Origin: an uncultured Chloroflexia bacterium
GTDB taxonomy: Bacteria > Chloroflexota > Limnocylindria > Limnocylindrales > CSP1-4
DNA length: 64,000 nucleotides
Direction of reading: 5' to 3'
Assembly (NCBI GenBank): GCA_963809045.1
Contig: CAWEHW010000004.1
Location: forward strand, 331,816 to 395,815
Shown: one piece after another, positions 21,308-31,596 of the stretch
How positions within the stretch are numbered: position 1 is the first letter of the stretch
Layout of the letters: each line of letters starts with the position of its first letter
Position numbers and translations under genes: made by a program
The notes under the pieces: generated by a model
Databases searched by the model: none
Seen by the model: the letters and a program-made list of their open reading frames with translations, nothing else
What the model was told of the DNA's origin: nothing

Positions 21308-22214
21308 ACGGGCCTATTCGCCGGCTGCCCGCGCGTCCGACGCGCCAGATCCGTCGCGTGTCCTGGTCATCGGCTGTGGTGCGCTCGCACGCGAGCTCGT
21401 CGCGGTCATCGACCAGGCAGGCCTGACCAACGTGGACCTGACCTGCCTTCCCGCGACGCTGCATAACCGCCCAGGCGGGATCCCCGCCGCCGTGCGGGCG
21501 AAGATCCGCGCCGCCCGGCCGCGCTACGAGAAGATCTTCATCGCCTACGCAGATTGCGGAACCGGCGGGCTGCTTGACGTCGCGCTCGCCGACGAAGGCG
21601 TGGAGCGCCTCCCGGGCGCCCACTGCTACGAGTTCTTCTCGGGCGCTCGCGACTTCGCCGCGATGACCGATGACGACCCGGCCACCTTCTTCCTGACCGA
21701 TTTCCTCGCCCGCAACTTCGATCGGCTGGTCATTGTCGGGCTCGGCCTCGACCGACATCCAGAGCTGCTGTCGACCTACTTCGGCAACTACCACCGCCTC
21801 GTCTACCTGGCCCAGACGGACGACCCGGCGCTCGTCGCGGCCGCCCGCCGTGCCGCGCGACGCCTCGGGCTGGCATTCGAGCTGCGCAGGACGGGGTATG
21901 GCGATCTTGCGACGTCCATCGCAGTCGCATCCGAAGCAGGGCGCGAGCGTCGTTCAACGGACATCGCGGCGCTTGCGGCAGGCGCACGAATCGTCGCCGG
22001 GACGTCACCGGGTGCCCCGAAAACGTTCAAATCCTTGCACCGAGTGAACCGTCAGGATCTCGCCCCCACCTTGACGGCCCAAGTCGTGCGGTCGACGCAA
22101 CGCCAGAATCGTGAGGAGCGGTCGAGGGGATCATCCGTGCGTCCGATGCACGGCCGACCGAGGAACGTGCAGCCCGTGCACGAAATTGACGCAACGGCGG
22201 CGGAGACCGCCTGA
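21297..22214 (+). CDS. Conserved uncharacterised protein, possibly DUF1638 family, associated with corrinoid methyltransferase clusters
   Basis: 305 aa, overlaps the corrinoid protein gene by 11 nt. The family assignment is from memory and not verified. Confidence 0.5.
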
Positions 22215-22552
22215 TGGGCACCCTGTCGATCATCTGGTGGCGCGACATCCCGGCCCAGGTCGTCGCCAAGGACGCCCGCCGATCCAGCAAGGTCGTCCTC
22301 CACCCCCGGTTCCAGGTCGCGATCGACAAGGCAGCGAACCGGGCGGGCAAACGCGCATACAACGACTACATCGGCGAATGGCGGAAGACCCAGGAGCGGT
22401 GCGACGACGATCTCGAGGCGGTGGCGCGAGCCGAGTCTGCTCGCCTCGAGGCCGAGTACACCAAGCACCGACTCGCCGAGCTGATCCAGTCGGGTGGCAT
22501 CGCGGGAGGTCCGGTTCTCCCGCCCGCAACGTCCGAGACGTCGCCGACATGA
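22214..22552 (+). CDS. Small hypothetical protein within the methyltransferase operon
   Basis: 112-aa ORF whose start overlaps the upstream stop (TGATG). Confidence 0.45.
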   Translation: MGTLSIIWWRDIPAQVVAKDARRSSKVVLHPRFQVAIDKAANRAGKRAYNDYIGEWRKTQERCDDDLEAVARAESARLEAEYTKHRLAELIQSGGIAGGPVLPPATSETSPT

Positions 22553-23454
22553 CCGACACCGTCCTCAGCTCCGCGACCCGCGAGGTGGTCATCGGGTTCG
22601 AGCGGCCGTTCGTGATCATCGGCGAGCGGATCAACCCGACCGGGCGCAAGGCCCTTGCCGAGGAGATGAAGAGCGGCGATTTCAGCCGCGTCGAGCGCGA
22701 CGTGCTCGCCCAGGTGGCCGCCGGCGCTCACATGCTGGACGTAAACGCCGGCATCCCGCTCAGCGATGAGCCGGCCATCCTCGCGAAGACGATCCAGCTG
22801 GTCCAGAGCCTGACGGACCTGCCGCTGTCGATCGACTCGTCGATCGTCGAAGCGCTCGAGGCCGGGCTCGCGGTCTACCAGGGCAAGCCGCTCGTCAACT
22901 CGGTCACCGGCGAAGAGGAGCGTCTCGAACGCGTCCTGCCGCTCGTCCGCAAGTACGGCGCGGCGGTCGTGGCCATCAGCAACGACGACACCGGGATCAG
23001 CGAGGACCCCGACGTCCGATTCGCGGTCGCGAAGCGGATCGTGGAACGCGCCTCCGACCACGGCATTCCGGCCTCGGACATCGTGGTCGACCCCTTGGTG
23101 ATGCCCATCGGCGCGCTGTCGAATGCCGGGCGCCAAGTGTTCTCGATCGTCCGGCGCCTTCGCGAAGAGCTCAAGGTCAACACGACCTGTGGCGCCTCCA
23201 ATGTCAGCTTCGGTCTGCCCCATCGAGAGGGGATCAATGCCGCCTTCCTGCCGATGGCGATTGCCAGCGGCATGACCTCGGCGATCACCAACCCGCTCAT
23301 GCCTGAGGTCAAGGCCTGCGTGATGGCAGCCGACGTGCTGATGGGCCACGATCCCGATTGCGGCCGGTGGATCCTCGCCCACCGAACCCCGACGCCCGAG
23401 GGCGAGGTCAGCCGGCGGCGGGTCAACCGCCGCTCCGTCGCGCCCGTCGGCTGA
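22548..23454 (+). CDS. Methyltetrahydrofolate:corrinoid methyltransferase (pterin-binding MtrH/AcsE-like)
   Basis: Pterin-binding TIM barrel with IIGERINPTG, LDVNAG, SIDSS, GKPLVNSV, DPLVMPIG and SNVSFGLP. Confidence 0.85.
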
Positions 23455-23464
23455 GGCGGGGTTC

Positions 23465-25646
23465 GTGCCTCCAGCGGCCGGCCAGGCGACCAACCCCGAC
23501 GACCACCTGGTCGTCTTCACGCCATCGGGCCGACGCGGCCGCACCAGGTCCGGGACGACCGTGCTCGATGCCGCTCGTTCGCTCGGCGTCGACATCGACG
23601 CGGTCTGCGCGTCCCGCGGGATCTGCGGTCGATGCCAGATCACGCAGGGACTCGGGACGTTCACCAAGCACGGGATCACCTCGGCCGAGGGGAACCTGGC
23701 GCCGGAAGGCTCCCTCGAAGCCACCTATCGGGCCGAATCGGGCATGGCGTCCGATCGCCGGTTGTCGTGCACCGCCGAGGTGCGGGGCGACGTCCTGATC
23801 GATGTGCCACCGGAGAGCCAGGTCCACCGCCAGGTCGTCCGCAAGGGCCTCGACGTCCGCGACTTCACGGTCGACCCGGTCGTTCGGCTGCACTACGTCG
23901 AGGTGACGCACGCCGGAGCTGGCGTCGCCCACCGGCGACCTCGGCCGGCTCTTCGACGCACTCGAACGCGAGTGGGGCCTGACCGGCCTCGCAGCCGACC
24001 TGTCGGTCATTCGAACGCTCCAGCCGGCCCTCGAAGCCGGCAGGTACGGGGTCACCGTGGCGGTCCATCGCGGCCGGCAGGTGATCGGCGTCTGGCCCGG
24101 ACTGCATGAACGGCCGTTGGGCGTGGCCATCGACATCGGCTCGACGACGATCGCCGGTCACCTGGTCGACCTGTCCGACGGGGCCGTACTCGCCAGCAAC
24201 GGCGTCATGAACCCGCAGATCCGGTTCGGCGAGGACCTCATGAGCCGCGTGTCGTACGCGATGATGCATCCCGAGGGTGCGGGCGAGATGACCACGGCAG
24301 TCCGCAAGGCGCTCGACGGGCTCATCGCGACGCTCGCGATGCGGGCCGGGATCAAGCGGGTCCAGATCCTGGAGCTCGCGATCGTCGGCAACCCGATCAT
24401 GCATCACCTGCTGCTGGGCATCGATCCCACGCCGCTCGGCGGAGCGCCGTTCGCGCTGGCCACGGATCAGGCCGTCGAGATCACGGCGACGGAGCTCGGC
24501 CTCATCGCCCATCCCGGGGCACGGGTGTACGTGCTGCCGTGCATCGCCGGCCACGTCGGGGCGGACACCGCGGGGGTGATCCTGTCCGAGGAGCCACATC
24601 GCGCCGACCGCCTGACCCTCGTGGTGGACGTCGGGACGAATGCGGAGATCGTGCTTGGCGACCGACGGCGGCTCCTCGCTGCCTCGAGCCCGACGGGTCC
24701 CGCCTTCGAGGGTGCCCAGATCAGCGGGGGCCAGCGCGCCGCGCCCGGCGCGATCGAACGGGTTCGAATCGACCGCGAAACGCTCGAGCCGCGGTTCAGG
24801 GTGATCGGCATCGACGCCTGGTCGGACGACCCGGCGTTTGCCGCGGCGCTCGGTGATGACTCGAAGGCCGGCGGCGACTCGAAGGCCGGCAGCGGGTCGA
24901 AGGCCGGCAGCGGGTCGAAGGCCGCCGAGGCCTCCGCGATCACCGGGATCACCGGCATCTGCGGGTCGGGGATCATCGAGGTCGTGGCGGAGCTCTTCCT
25001 CGCGGGCGTCGTCACCGCCGACGGCGTGATCGACGGGTCCCTCGCGGCTCGAACGCCCAGGATCGTGCCGGACGGCCGGACGTTCAGCTACGTCCTGCAC
25101 GATCCAGGCGAGACGGGAGGAACCGGGCCGCGGATCGCGATCACGCAGAACGACGTTCGCGCCATCCAGCTGGCCAAGGCTGCGCTCTACGCGGGCGTCC
25201 GGTTGCTGATGGACAAGCTCGAGGTCGAGGTGGTGGACGAGATCCGCCTGGCCGGGGCGTTCGGCAGCCAGATCGACCCGACGCACGCGATGATCCTGGG
25301 CCTCGTCCCCGATTGCGACCTGGCCAGCGTCCGCTCTGCCGGCAACGCGGCCGGGACGGGTGCCCTGATCGCCTTGCTGTCGGGCGCGGCGCGCACCGAG
25401 ATCGAGGGAGTGGTCCGTATGGTCGAGAAAGTCGAGACCGCCGTCGAGCCGCGCTTCCAGGAGCATTTCGTGGATGCCATGGCCTTCCCGCACAAGACCG
25501 CCACCTTCCCGAATCTGGGTCGCGTCGTCGCCTTGCCCGAACGACCGAGCGATGCGACGGGCACGACCGGCCGGGCTGCCGCCGAAGCCCGCACTGAACG
25601 TCGGCGGAGACGCGCCGTTGCCGCTGCCAGCAGGGAGAGCCGCTGA
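23465..25646 (+). CDS. Reductive activator of corrinoid enzymes (RACo; 2Fe-2S ferredoxin fused to an ASKHA ATPase) with an apparent frameshift near 23922
   Basis: N-terminal [2Fe-2S] motif CASRGICGRCQI and a C-terminal ASKHA fold (IDIGSTTIAGHLVD, DVGTNAEIV). The 24858-24923 stretch encodes a GDSKAG/SGSKAG tandem repeat. Confidence 0.8.
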
Positions 25647-27184
25647 TGGACGAGACCCCAAGGCACCGAACCGGCGGCCGCGCCGCCCGCCAGGCGGCTC
25701 GCCTCGCGGCGCATGCGGAACATGTCCCGTTCCTGACCCGCAAGCTGGCTCCGGTCGAGGTCCTCGACGAGGAGGGCCTCGCGCAGATCGAGCACAACGC
25801 CGACACGATCCTCCAGGAGGTCGGTCTCGAGTTCAGGGGCAACGCCGACGCCCTTCGGCTGTTCCGCGAGGCCGGGGCGGACGTCCAAGGTGAGCGGGTT
25901 CGATTCCCGCGCGGCATGTGCCGGCAGATCATCCAGGCGACCGCCCCGCGCCAGTTCACCCAGTTCGCGCGGAACGAGGCCCGCAACGTCGAGATCGGCG
26001 GGGCCCACACGGTCTTTGCGCCGAACTACGGCTCGCCCTTCGTTCGCGACCTCGACAACGGGCGCCGCTACGGCACGATCGAGGACTTCCGCAACTTCGT
26101 GAAGCTCGCCTATGCGTCGCCGTACATGCACCACTCGGGCGGAACGGTCTGCGAGCCGGTCGACGTGCCGGTCAACAAGCGGCACCTGGACATGGTCTAT
26201 TCGCACATCCGCTACAGCGACAAGCCATTCATGGGATCGGTCACGGCGCCGGAGCGCGCACGTGACACCGTCGAGATGGCCCGGATCACCTTCGGCGCCG
26301 AGTACCTCGAAACGCATCCCGTGGTCCTGAGCCTGATCAACGCCAACTCCCCGCTCGTCTGGGACGGAGTGATGCTCGGGGCGGCGCAGGCCTACGCGGA
26401 GGCCAACCAGGCCACGCTCCTGACGCCGTTCATCCTTGCCGGGGCGATGGCGCCGGTGACCGTGGCCGGGTCCGCCACGCAAACCCTCGCCGAGGCGCTC
26501 GGCGGCATGGCGTTCGTCCAGCTCGTGCGCCCCGGCGCGCCGGTCGTGCTCGGGTCCTTCGCGAGCTCGATGTCGATGCAATCGGGAGCGCCCACCTTCG
26601 GGACGCCGGAGCCGGCGCTCGTGCTCTACGTCATGGCCGCGTTGGCGCGGCGACTCGGCGTCCCGTTCCGTTCGGGCGGGTCGTTGTGCGCGTCCAAGAT
26701 CGCCGACGCCCAGGCGGCGTACGAGTCGGCGGCGACCCTCCAGCCGACCATCCTCGCCGGGGTCAACTTCGTGCTCCACGCGGCCGGCTGGCTCGAGGGC
26801 GGGCTCGCTGTCGGGTACGAGAAGTTCGTCCTCGACGCCGATCAGTGCGGGATGATGGCCGTGCTGATCAACGGCGTGGACATGACGGACAACGGCCAGG
26901 CGCTGGACGCGATCCTGGCGAATCCGCCGGGCCAGCACTACCTCGGCAACGCCCACACGCTGGCCAATTTCGAGAGCGCGTTCTACCGCTCGACCATCGC
27001 CGACAACAACAGCTATGAGCAGTGGCAGGAGGACGGCTCGCTCGACGCCAACCAGCGAGCCAACCGCATCTGGAAGAAGACGCTGGCGGACTACGAGGCG
27101 CCGCCGATCGATCCCGGGATCGACGAAGGGCTGCTCGAGTTCATCGCGAAGCGAAAGGCCTCGATGCCCGACTCCGAGGTGTAG
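25646..27184 (+). CDS. MttB-superfamily methyltransferase (non-pyrrolysine trimethylamine methyltransferase homolog; quaternary-amine:corrinoid methyltransferase)
   Basis: 512 aa with an MttB-family TIM barrel, no in-frame amber codon, and a 1-nt overlap with RACo (TGATG). Confidence 0.85.
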   Translation: MDETPRHRTGGRAARQAARLAAHAEHVPFLTRKLAPVEVLDEEGLAQIEHNADTILQEVGLEFRGNADALRLFREAGADVQGERVRFPRGMCRQIIQATAPRQFTQFARNEARNVEIGGAHTVFAPNYGSPFVRDLDNGRRYGTIEDFRNFVKLAYASPYMHHSGGTVCEPVDVPVNKRHLDMVYSHIRYSDKPFMGSVTAPERARDTVEMARITFGAEYLETHPVVLSLINANSPLVWDGVMLGAAQAYAEANQATLLTPFILAGAMAPVTVAGSATQTLAEALGGMAFVQLVRPGAPVVLGSFASSMSMQSGAPTFGTPEPALVLYVMAALARRLGVPFRSGGSLCASKIADAQAAYESAATLQPTILAGVNFVLHAAGWLEGGLAVGYEKFVLDADQCGMMAVLINGVDMTDNGQALDAILANPPGQHYLGNAHTLANFESAFYRSTIADNNSYEQWQEDGSLDANQRANRIWKKTLADYEAPPIDPGIDEGLLEFIAKRKASMPDSEV

Positions 27185-27186
27185 CC

Positions 27187-28089
27187 GTGCTCTTCCGGCG
27201 CCGACGCTCGCTCTCGGATGCACAGGCCGATGCACTTGCACGTGTCCTGCAGGCGCCGACGTTCGAGCTGATCCCGCTCAAGCACTCGATGGACCAGGCG
27301 GCGCTGCTGCCCGCCGGATCGACGGTGTCCGTCACCGCGTCTCCCGCGAAAGGGATCGAAGCCACGATTGCGCTGTGTGAGCAGCTGCAGGCGCACGGTT
27401 TCCGGGCCGTGCCGCACGTCTCGGCCCGGATGGTGCGCGACCGCGCCCACCTCGCCGACCTGATCGGCTGGCTCGAAGCCGCCGGGGTCGATCGCGCGTT
27501 CGTCGTGGGTGGCGATGCGAAGGAACCCGGCAGGTATCCGGACGGACTGTCCCTGTTGCGCGAGATGGCCGAGATCGGGCACCCGCTGAGCGAGATCGGG
27601 ATCCCCGGCTACCCGCAGGGGCACGCGTTCATCGCGGACGCACCGCTCCTGGAGGCGCTGCGCGCCAAGGCCGAGTTCGCGAGCTACATCACCACCCAGC
27701 TGTGCTTCGATCCTGCGGCCATCTCGAGCTGGATCAGCGCTCGTCGGGCGGAAGGGATCGCCCTGCCGGTTCATGTCGGGCTGCCCGGCGTCGCCGAGCC
27801 GCAGAAGCTCCTGACGATTGCCGCGCGGATCGGTGTCGCCGACACCCATCGGTTCCTGGTCAAGAACGTCCGGTTCGTCACCCGGCTGATCCGCTCGGGT
27901 GGCTTCTACCGGCCCGATGGCCTGCTCGAGGGCCTGGCGGTGCCGGCCGCCGATCCCTCGATGGGGATAAGCGGGCTCCACATCTACACGTTCAATGCCG
28001 TCGAGGCGACGGAGAATTGGCGACGGTCGACGCTGGCAGCTCTTGCGCGCCACGATCGAGATCGAGCCCTGGTGGCCACCCGGCAGTGA
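27187..28089 (+). CDS. metF: Methylenetetrahydrofolate reductase (MetF family)
   Basis: GTG start 3 nt after the mttB stop. MetF-family TIM barrel of about 300 aa. Confidence 0.75.
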   Translation: MLFRRRRSLSDAQADALARVLQAPTFELIPLKHSMDQAALLPAGSTVSVTASPAKGIEATIALCEQLQAHGFRAVPHVSARMVRDRAHLADLIGWLEAAGVDRAFVVGGDAKEPGRYPDGLSLLREMAEIGHPLSEIGIPGYPQGHAFIADAPLLEALRAKAEFASYITTQLCFDPAAISSWISARRAEGIALPVHVGLPGVAEPQKLLTIAARIGVADTHRFLVKNVRFVTRLIRSGGFYRPDGLLEGLAVPAADPSMGISGLHIYTFNAVEATENWRRSTLAALARHDRDRALVATRQ

Positions 28090-28264
28090 CCACGCGCGAT
28101 CTCGCAACGGGATCGGCGCCGGGCACGGCCGAGGGCACGTGGTCGGACATCCCGGTGACACCGGTCGTGCCGGTGGTTGCCGGCACGCCGTCCGCGATGG
28201 TGCGGGCCTGAGCCAGGCCGAGCTTCGATCCGCGGCAGTCCGAATTACACGGCCCGCTCCAGCG

Positions 28265-29122
28265 TCACGGACGCTCGAGCCCGTGGGCCTCCAGGAGCCG
28301 ATCGTCGCTCAGCAACGCGTCGGTTGGGCCATCCGCGACGACGTGGCCGTCATCGACGACGATCGTCCGCGGAAAGACCTCGGCAACCAGACGCATGTCG
28401 TGCGTCGAGACAAGCATCGTCTGCGGCAATCGCCGCAGCACGTGGATCAACTCGCGGCGCCCGCGTGGATCCAGCCCGGCCGAGGGCTCATCGAAGACCA
28501 GGACCTGCGGATCCATGGCCAGGACGGTCGCGAGCGCGACGCGCTTGCGCTGACCGAGACTCATGCGATGCGGCATCCGTCGTTCGAAGCCTGCCATCCC
28601 GACCGAGGCTAGGGCGCGTTCCACCCGGTCATGGATCTCCGACTCTTCGACGCCCATGTGCAACGGTCCGAAGGCGACATCCTCGAAGACCGTCGGGCTG
28701 AACAGCTGGTCGTCGGGATCCTGGAACACCAGGCCGACCTGCGCCCTGATCCGCCGCACCGTCGACCGATCGACGACCGTGCCTCCAACGCGGACCGTGC
28801 CGTGCGTGGGCTCGAGAATGCCGTTGAGCTGCAGGAGGAGCGTGCTCTTTCCTGCCCCATTCGGTCCGACGATGGCGACCTTCTCGCCGGCCCCGATCGA
28901 GAGATCGACGCCGCGGAGCGCTTCGAAGCCATCGGGATACCGAAAATGGAGATGCTCGATCTCGATCGTGGCGCCGGGCTCGAGATCCCGATCAGCCCTC
29001 GAGGCTTGATGCTCGTGGTCGTGGCCGACCCCGTCGTCGTGTCGATGGGCGTGGACATGACTGTCGTCTGGCGCCCTATCGGTCGGCAGTTGTCGCGGTT
29101 CGACGGCTTGCCCTCGATCCAT
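28265..29122 (-). CDS. cbiO: Cobalt/nickel ECF transporter ATPase CbiO with a His-rich N-terminal extension
   Basis: Walker A GPNGAGKST, signature LSGGQRKRV, Walker B LVFDEP. The N-terminal 40 aa include HVHAHRHDDGVGHDHEHQ. Confidence 0.8.
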   Translation of the reverse strand: MDRGQAVEPRQLPTDRAPDDSHVHAHRHDDGVGHDHEHQASRADRDLEPGATIEIEHLHFRYPDGFEALRGVDLSIGAGEKVAIVGPNGAGKSTLLLQLNGILEPTHGTVRVGGTVVDRSTVRRIRAQVGLVFQDPDDQLFSPTVFEDVAFGPLHMGVEESEIHDRVERALASVGMAGFERRMPHRMSLGQRKRVALATVLAMDPQVLVFDEPSAGLDPRGRRELIHVLRRLPQTMLVSTHDMRLVAEVFPRTIVVDDGHVVADGPTDALLSDDRLLEAHGLERP

Positions 29123-29781
29123 CAGCGCGGGAGCCAGAAATGCCCAGCCGCGACGAGTGCCAGGCATGTACCGGCGACGGCCGCGATCGAGGCGTATTCC
29201 ATCGGCGCGAGGGAGCGACTGTGCATGTGTCGAAACTCGCCTTCGAAGCCGCGAGCCTGCATCGCTGCATAGATTCGCTCGCTGCGCTCGTATGAGCGCA
29301 GGAAGAGCGATCCGACCATCGATCCGGTCACGCGAACCCGCCACGAGATCGATCCACCTCCGCGGCCATCCCGATCGGCCGAGCGGGATGCGCGCGCTCT
29401 TGCCATCCGCGTCGCTTCGTCCGTCAGGACGCTGAGGTATCGGTACATGAAGCTGATGATCGCGACCATGATCCTCGGGAGCCGAAGCTGCCGGAGCCCG
29501 TCCACGAGGTCATGGAACGGCGTGGTGAAGGCCAACAGCAGCGCGGCCTGAACGCTGATCCAGCTCTTGAGGGCGATCGTCGAGAACATCCGAAGGCCCT
29601 CTCCGCTCACGGTCAAGGTGACCGGTCCCAGGGCGAAGCTGCCGAGCGGATCCTCTGGCCGCGTAAACACGAGGGGGAGGGCGGCGAGCAGGAATGGAGC
29701 GGCGAGAAACGCGCGGCGAGCCGGGTGGAGCATGCCGACATGGGCGAGGCCGGCAGCGCCAACGACCACGAGCCACGCCAC
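29122..29781 (-). CDS. cbiQ: Cobalt ECF transporter T component CbiQ
   Basis: 219-aa membrane protein between cbiO and the PDGLE protein. The C-terminal ARGFEG motif region is typical of EcfT/CbiQ. Confidence 0.75.
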   Translation of the reverse strand: MAWLVVVGAAGLAHVGMLHPARRAFLAAPFLLAALPLVFTRPEDPLGSFALGPVTLTVSGEGLRMFSTIALKSWISVQAALLLAFTTPFHDLVDGLRQLRLPRIMVAIISFMYRYLSVLTDEATRMARARASRSADRDGRGGGSISWRVRVTGSMVGSLFLRSYERSERIYAAMQARGFEGEFRHMHSRSLAPMEYASIAAVAGTCLALVAAGHFWLPR

Positions 29782-29909
29782 GCCGAGCGCGACGAAGGCG
29801 CCGATTGGCAGGAGGCTGACGGCGACGATGAACAGGACCGTCGCGACGAACTTGACCCGGGCGTCGGCGCGGTGAAGCAGACTCTCGCGCTGGATGTACC
29901 GGTCGAGAT

Positions 29910-30244
29910 TCAGGGTCGCTGATCCTGGCGGCGGCGCCGGGCGAGCAGGCGCCCGAGGAGCGTCATCAGCCCGAAGACGATGAGGATTCCGATCAGCCCC
30001 GCGAGGATGGTCGACGGGTTGCCGTCGATACCAGGCACGGTGTAGTCCGGGATGATCGAGTACACCGCGTCACGCGCGGATTGGAGGAACCCGTTGTCCT
30101 CGGCCACTCGCTCGAGGCCATCTGGATCGGGCGACGCCAGCGGGGCGAGGATCACCACCATCAAGGCGGCGATCGCCAGCCCGGCGACCCACCAGTAGCG
30201 CGAGAGACCAGGGCGTCGCGATGGCCGGTGAAGGTCGTCGTTCA
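29910..30244 (-). CDS. PDGLE-domain small membrane protein (CbiN-like accessory subunit)
   Basis: Contains PDPDGLERVAEDNGF (PDGLE motif) and one transmembrane helix, immediately downstream of cbiM. Confidence 0.65.
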
Positions 30245-30258
30245 TGAGTCGTACCCCC

Positions 30259-30966
30259 CTAGGCCGTCGCTGGACGGGCATCGCGCAGCCGGAGCAAATC
30301 GGCCCGGGTCACCCGGATGAAACCGAGTGCCGCCATCGTGATGGCGGCCTCGCCGATGCCGATGAGGACATGGACCCCGACCATCGCGGGCAGGGCGATC
30401 GAGATCGGGGTCGTTCCACTCAAGGCGAGTTGAGCAGCCATCGACACGGCCCCAACGACCACGGCGATCCAGGCGGCGATCCCGGCCGCGGGGATCCTGG
30501 CCTTCTCCTCGCCGCCGAGGATCCTTGTCAGGGCGCGGTACACGTAGAAGCCGCCAAGCGTTCCGATGATGCCCATGTTGAAGATGTTGGCGCCCATCAC
30601 CACCAGACCGCCGTCCTGGAAGACCAGCGCCTGAACCGCGACCACGCAGGCCATCACGAGCGTCCCGGCCCACGGACCCAGCAAGACAGCTGCCAAGACG
30701 CCGCCGAGCAAGTGTCCGGACGTGCCCCCGATCACCTGGAAATTGAACATCTGGGCCGCGAAGATGAAGGCCGCCGTCACGCCCAGCAGCGGGACCGCGC
30801 GCTCGTCCAGCGTCTGGTTCGTCCGTCGCACCGCCACTGCAAGCGCGATCAGCGTGACCGCCCACATGACGGCCGCGATCGCCACCGTCAGAAACCCGTC
30901 AGGGGCGTGCAGCAGGGGTGGAGTCGGGGTAGGCCCAATGCCGGGCCCGATCAGGGCGGCGAGCAT
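30259..30966 (-). CDS. cbiM: Cobalt/nickel ECF transporter substrate component CbiM/NikM
   Basis: N-terminal LHAPDGFL (compare MHIPDG) followed by a multi-helix CbiM fold of 235 aa. Confidence 0.8.
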   Translation of the reverse strand: MLAALIGPGIGPTPTPPLLHAPDGFLTVAIAAVMWAVTLIALAVAVRRTNQTLDERAVPLLGVTAAFIFAAQMFNFQVIGGTSGHLLGGVLAAVLLGPWAGTLVMACVVAVQALVFQDGGLVVMGANIFNMGIIGTLGGFYVYRALTRILGGEEKARIPAAGIAAWIAVVVGAVSMAAQLALSGTTPISIALPAMVGVHVLIGIGEAAITMAALGFIRVTRADLLRLRDARPATA

Positions 30967-31019
30967 GCGTTCCTCCTCTCGGGGCTGTCCTTGTCAATGC
31001 TAATCGCTTTGGTCCACTA

Positions 31020-31036
31020 CTGCAACGTCATGCAAT
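31020..31036. promoter_or_regulatory. Candidate operator TGCAA-CGTCA-TGCAA between divergent cbiM and the fur-family gene (Nur-box-like)
   Basis: Direct or inverted hexamer pair with a 5-nt spacer, centred about 40 nt upstream of the fur-family start and 55 nt upstream of cbiM. It resembles the tTGCAA-N5-tTGCAA box reported for Streptomyces Nur, which I recall but have not verified. Confidence 0.35.
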
Positions 31037-31065
31037 AGGAAGGTCACGCAGTTATACTTCGTTCG

Positions 31066-31533
31066 ATGGCCACCGTTGGATCAGTCACCGAGCCGAATAC
31101 CGCCGAGGTCCGCGAGTACCTGCGGGCGCGCGGGCTGCGCTGGACACCACAACGCCGGCTGATCCTGGACGTGCTCGCCCAAACCAATGGCCACGTGACC
31201 GGAAGTGAGCTGGTCGAACGCTGTCGGGCGATCGACTCGGCGACCACGCCATCGACGGTCTACCGGACGTTGCGAGTCCTCGAAGAGTTGGGCGTGGTAC
31301 GGCATGCCCATGGCCGGGACGGGCGCGAAGAGTTCCATGTTCGACCAGGGTCCGACCACGGGCATCTTCACTGCGCCCACTGCGGAGCGAGTTGGGAGAT
31401 CGCATCGGAGGACGCGGAAGCGACGGTTGAGTCATTCCAGCGCCGCTGGGGGTTCGAGGTCGACCTCAGCCACCTGACCGTCGTCGGCCGTTGTGCGGCG
31501 TGCCGATCGGGCGAGTCCGCGTCGACCCACTAG
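31066..31533 (+). CDS. Fur-family metalloregulator (Fur/Zur/Nur-like)
   Basis: 155 aa with a winged helix (TPQRRLILDVLAQ), the HxH metal site and a C-terminal CxxC...CxxC (HCAHCG ... CAAC). Confidence 0.85.
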   Translation: MATVGSVTEPNTAEVREYLRARGLRWTPQRRLILDVLAQTNGHVTGSELVERCRAIDSATTPSTVYRTLRVLEELGVVRHAHGRDGREEFHVRPGSDHGHLHCAHCGASWEIASEDAEATVESFQRRWGFEVDLSHLTVVGRCAACRSGESASTH

Positions 31534-31596
31534 GCGAATGGACACGTAAGACGTGCCCACTCCACCCTGATTGACGCTCCGGAACCGCGCCTCTAG

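Noticed and set aside
30967-31065. Cobalamin riboswitch upstream of cbiM.
   Set aside because: Only about 100 nt are available, and they are shared with the divergent fur-family promoter. That is too short for a B12 element of about 200 nt, and I saw no B12-box-like conserved core.
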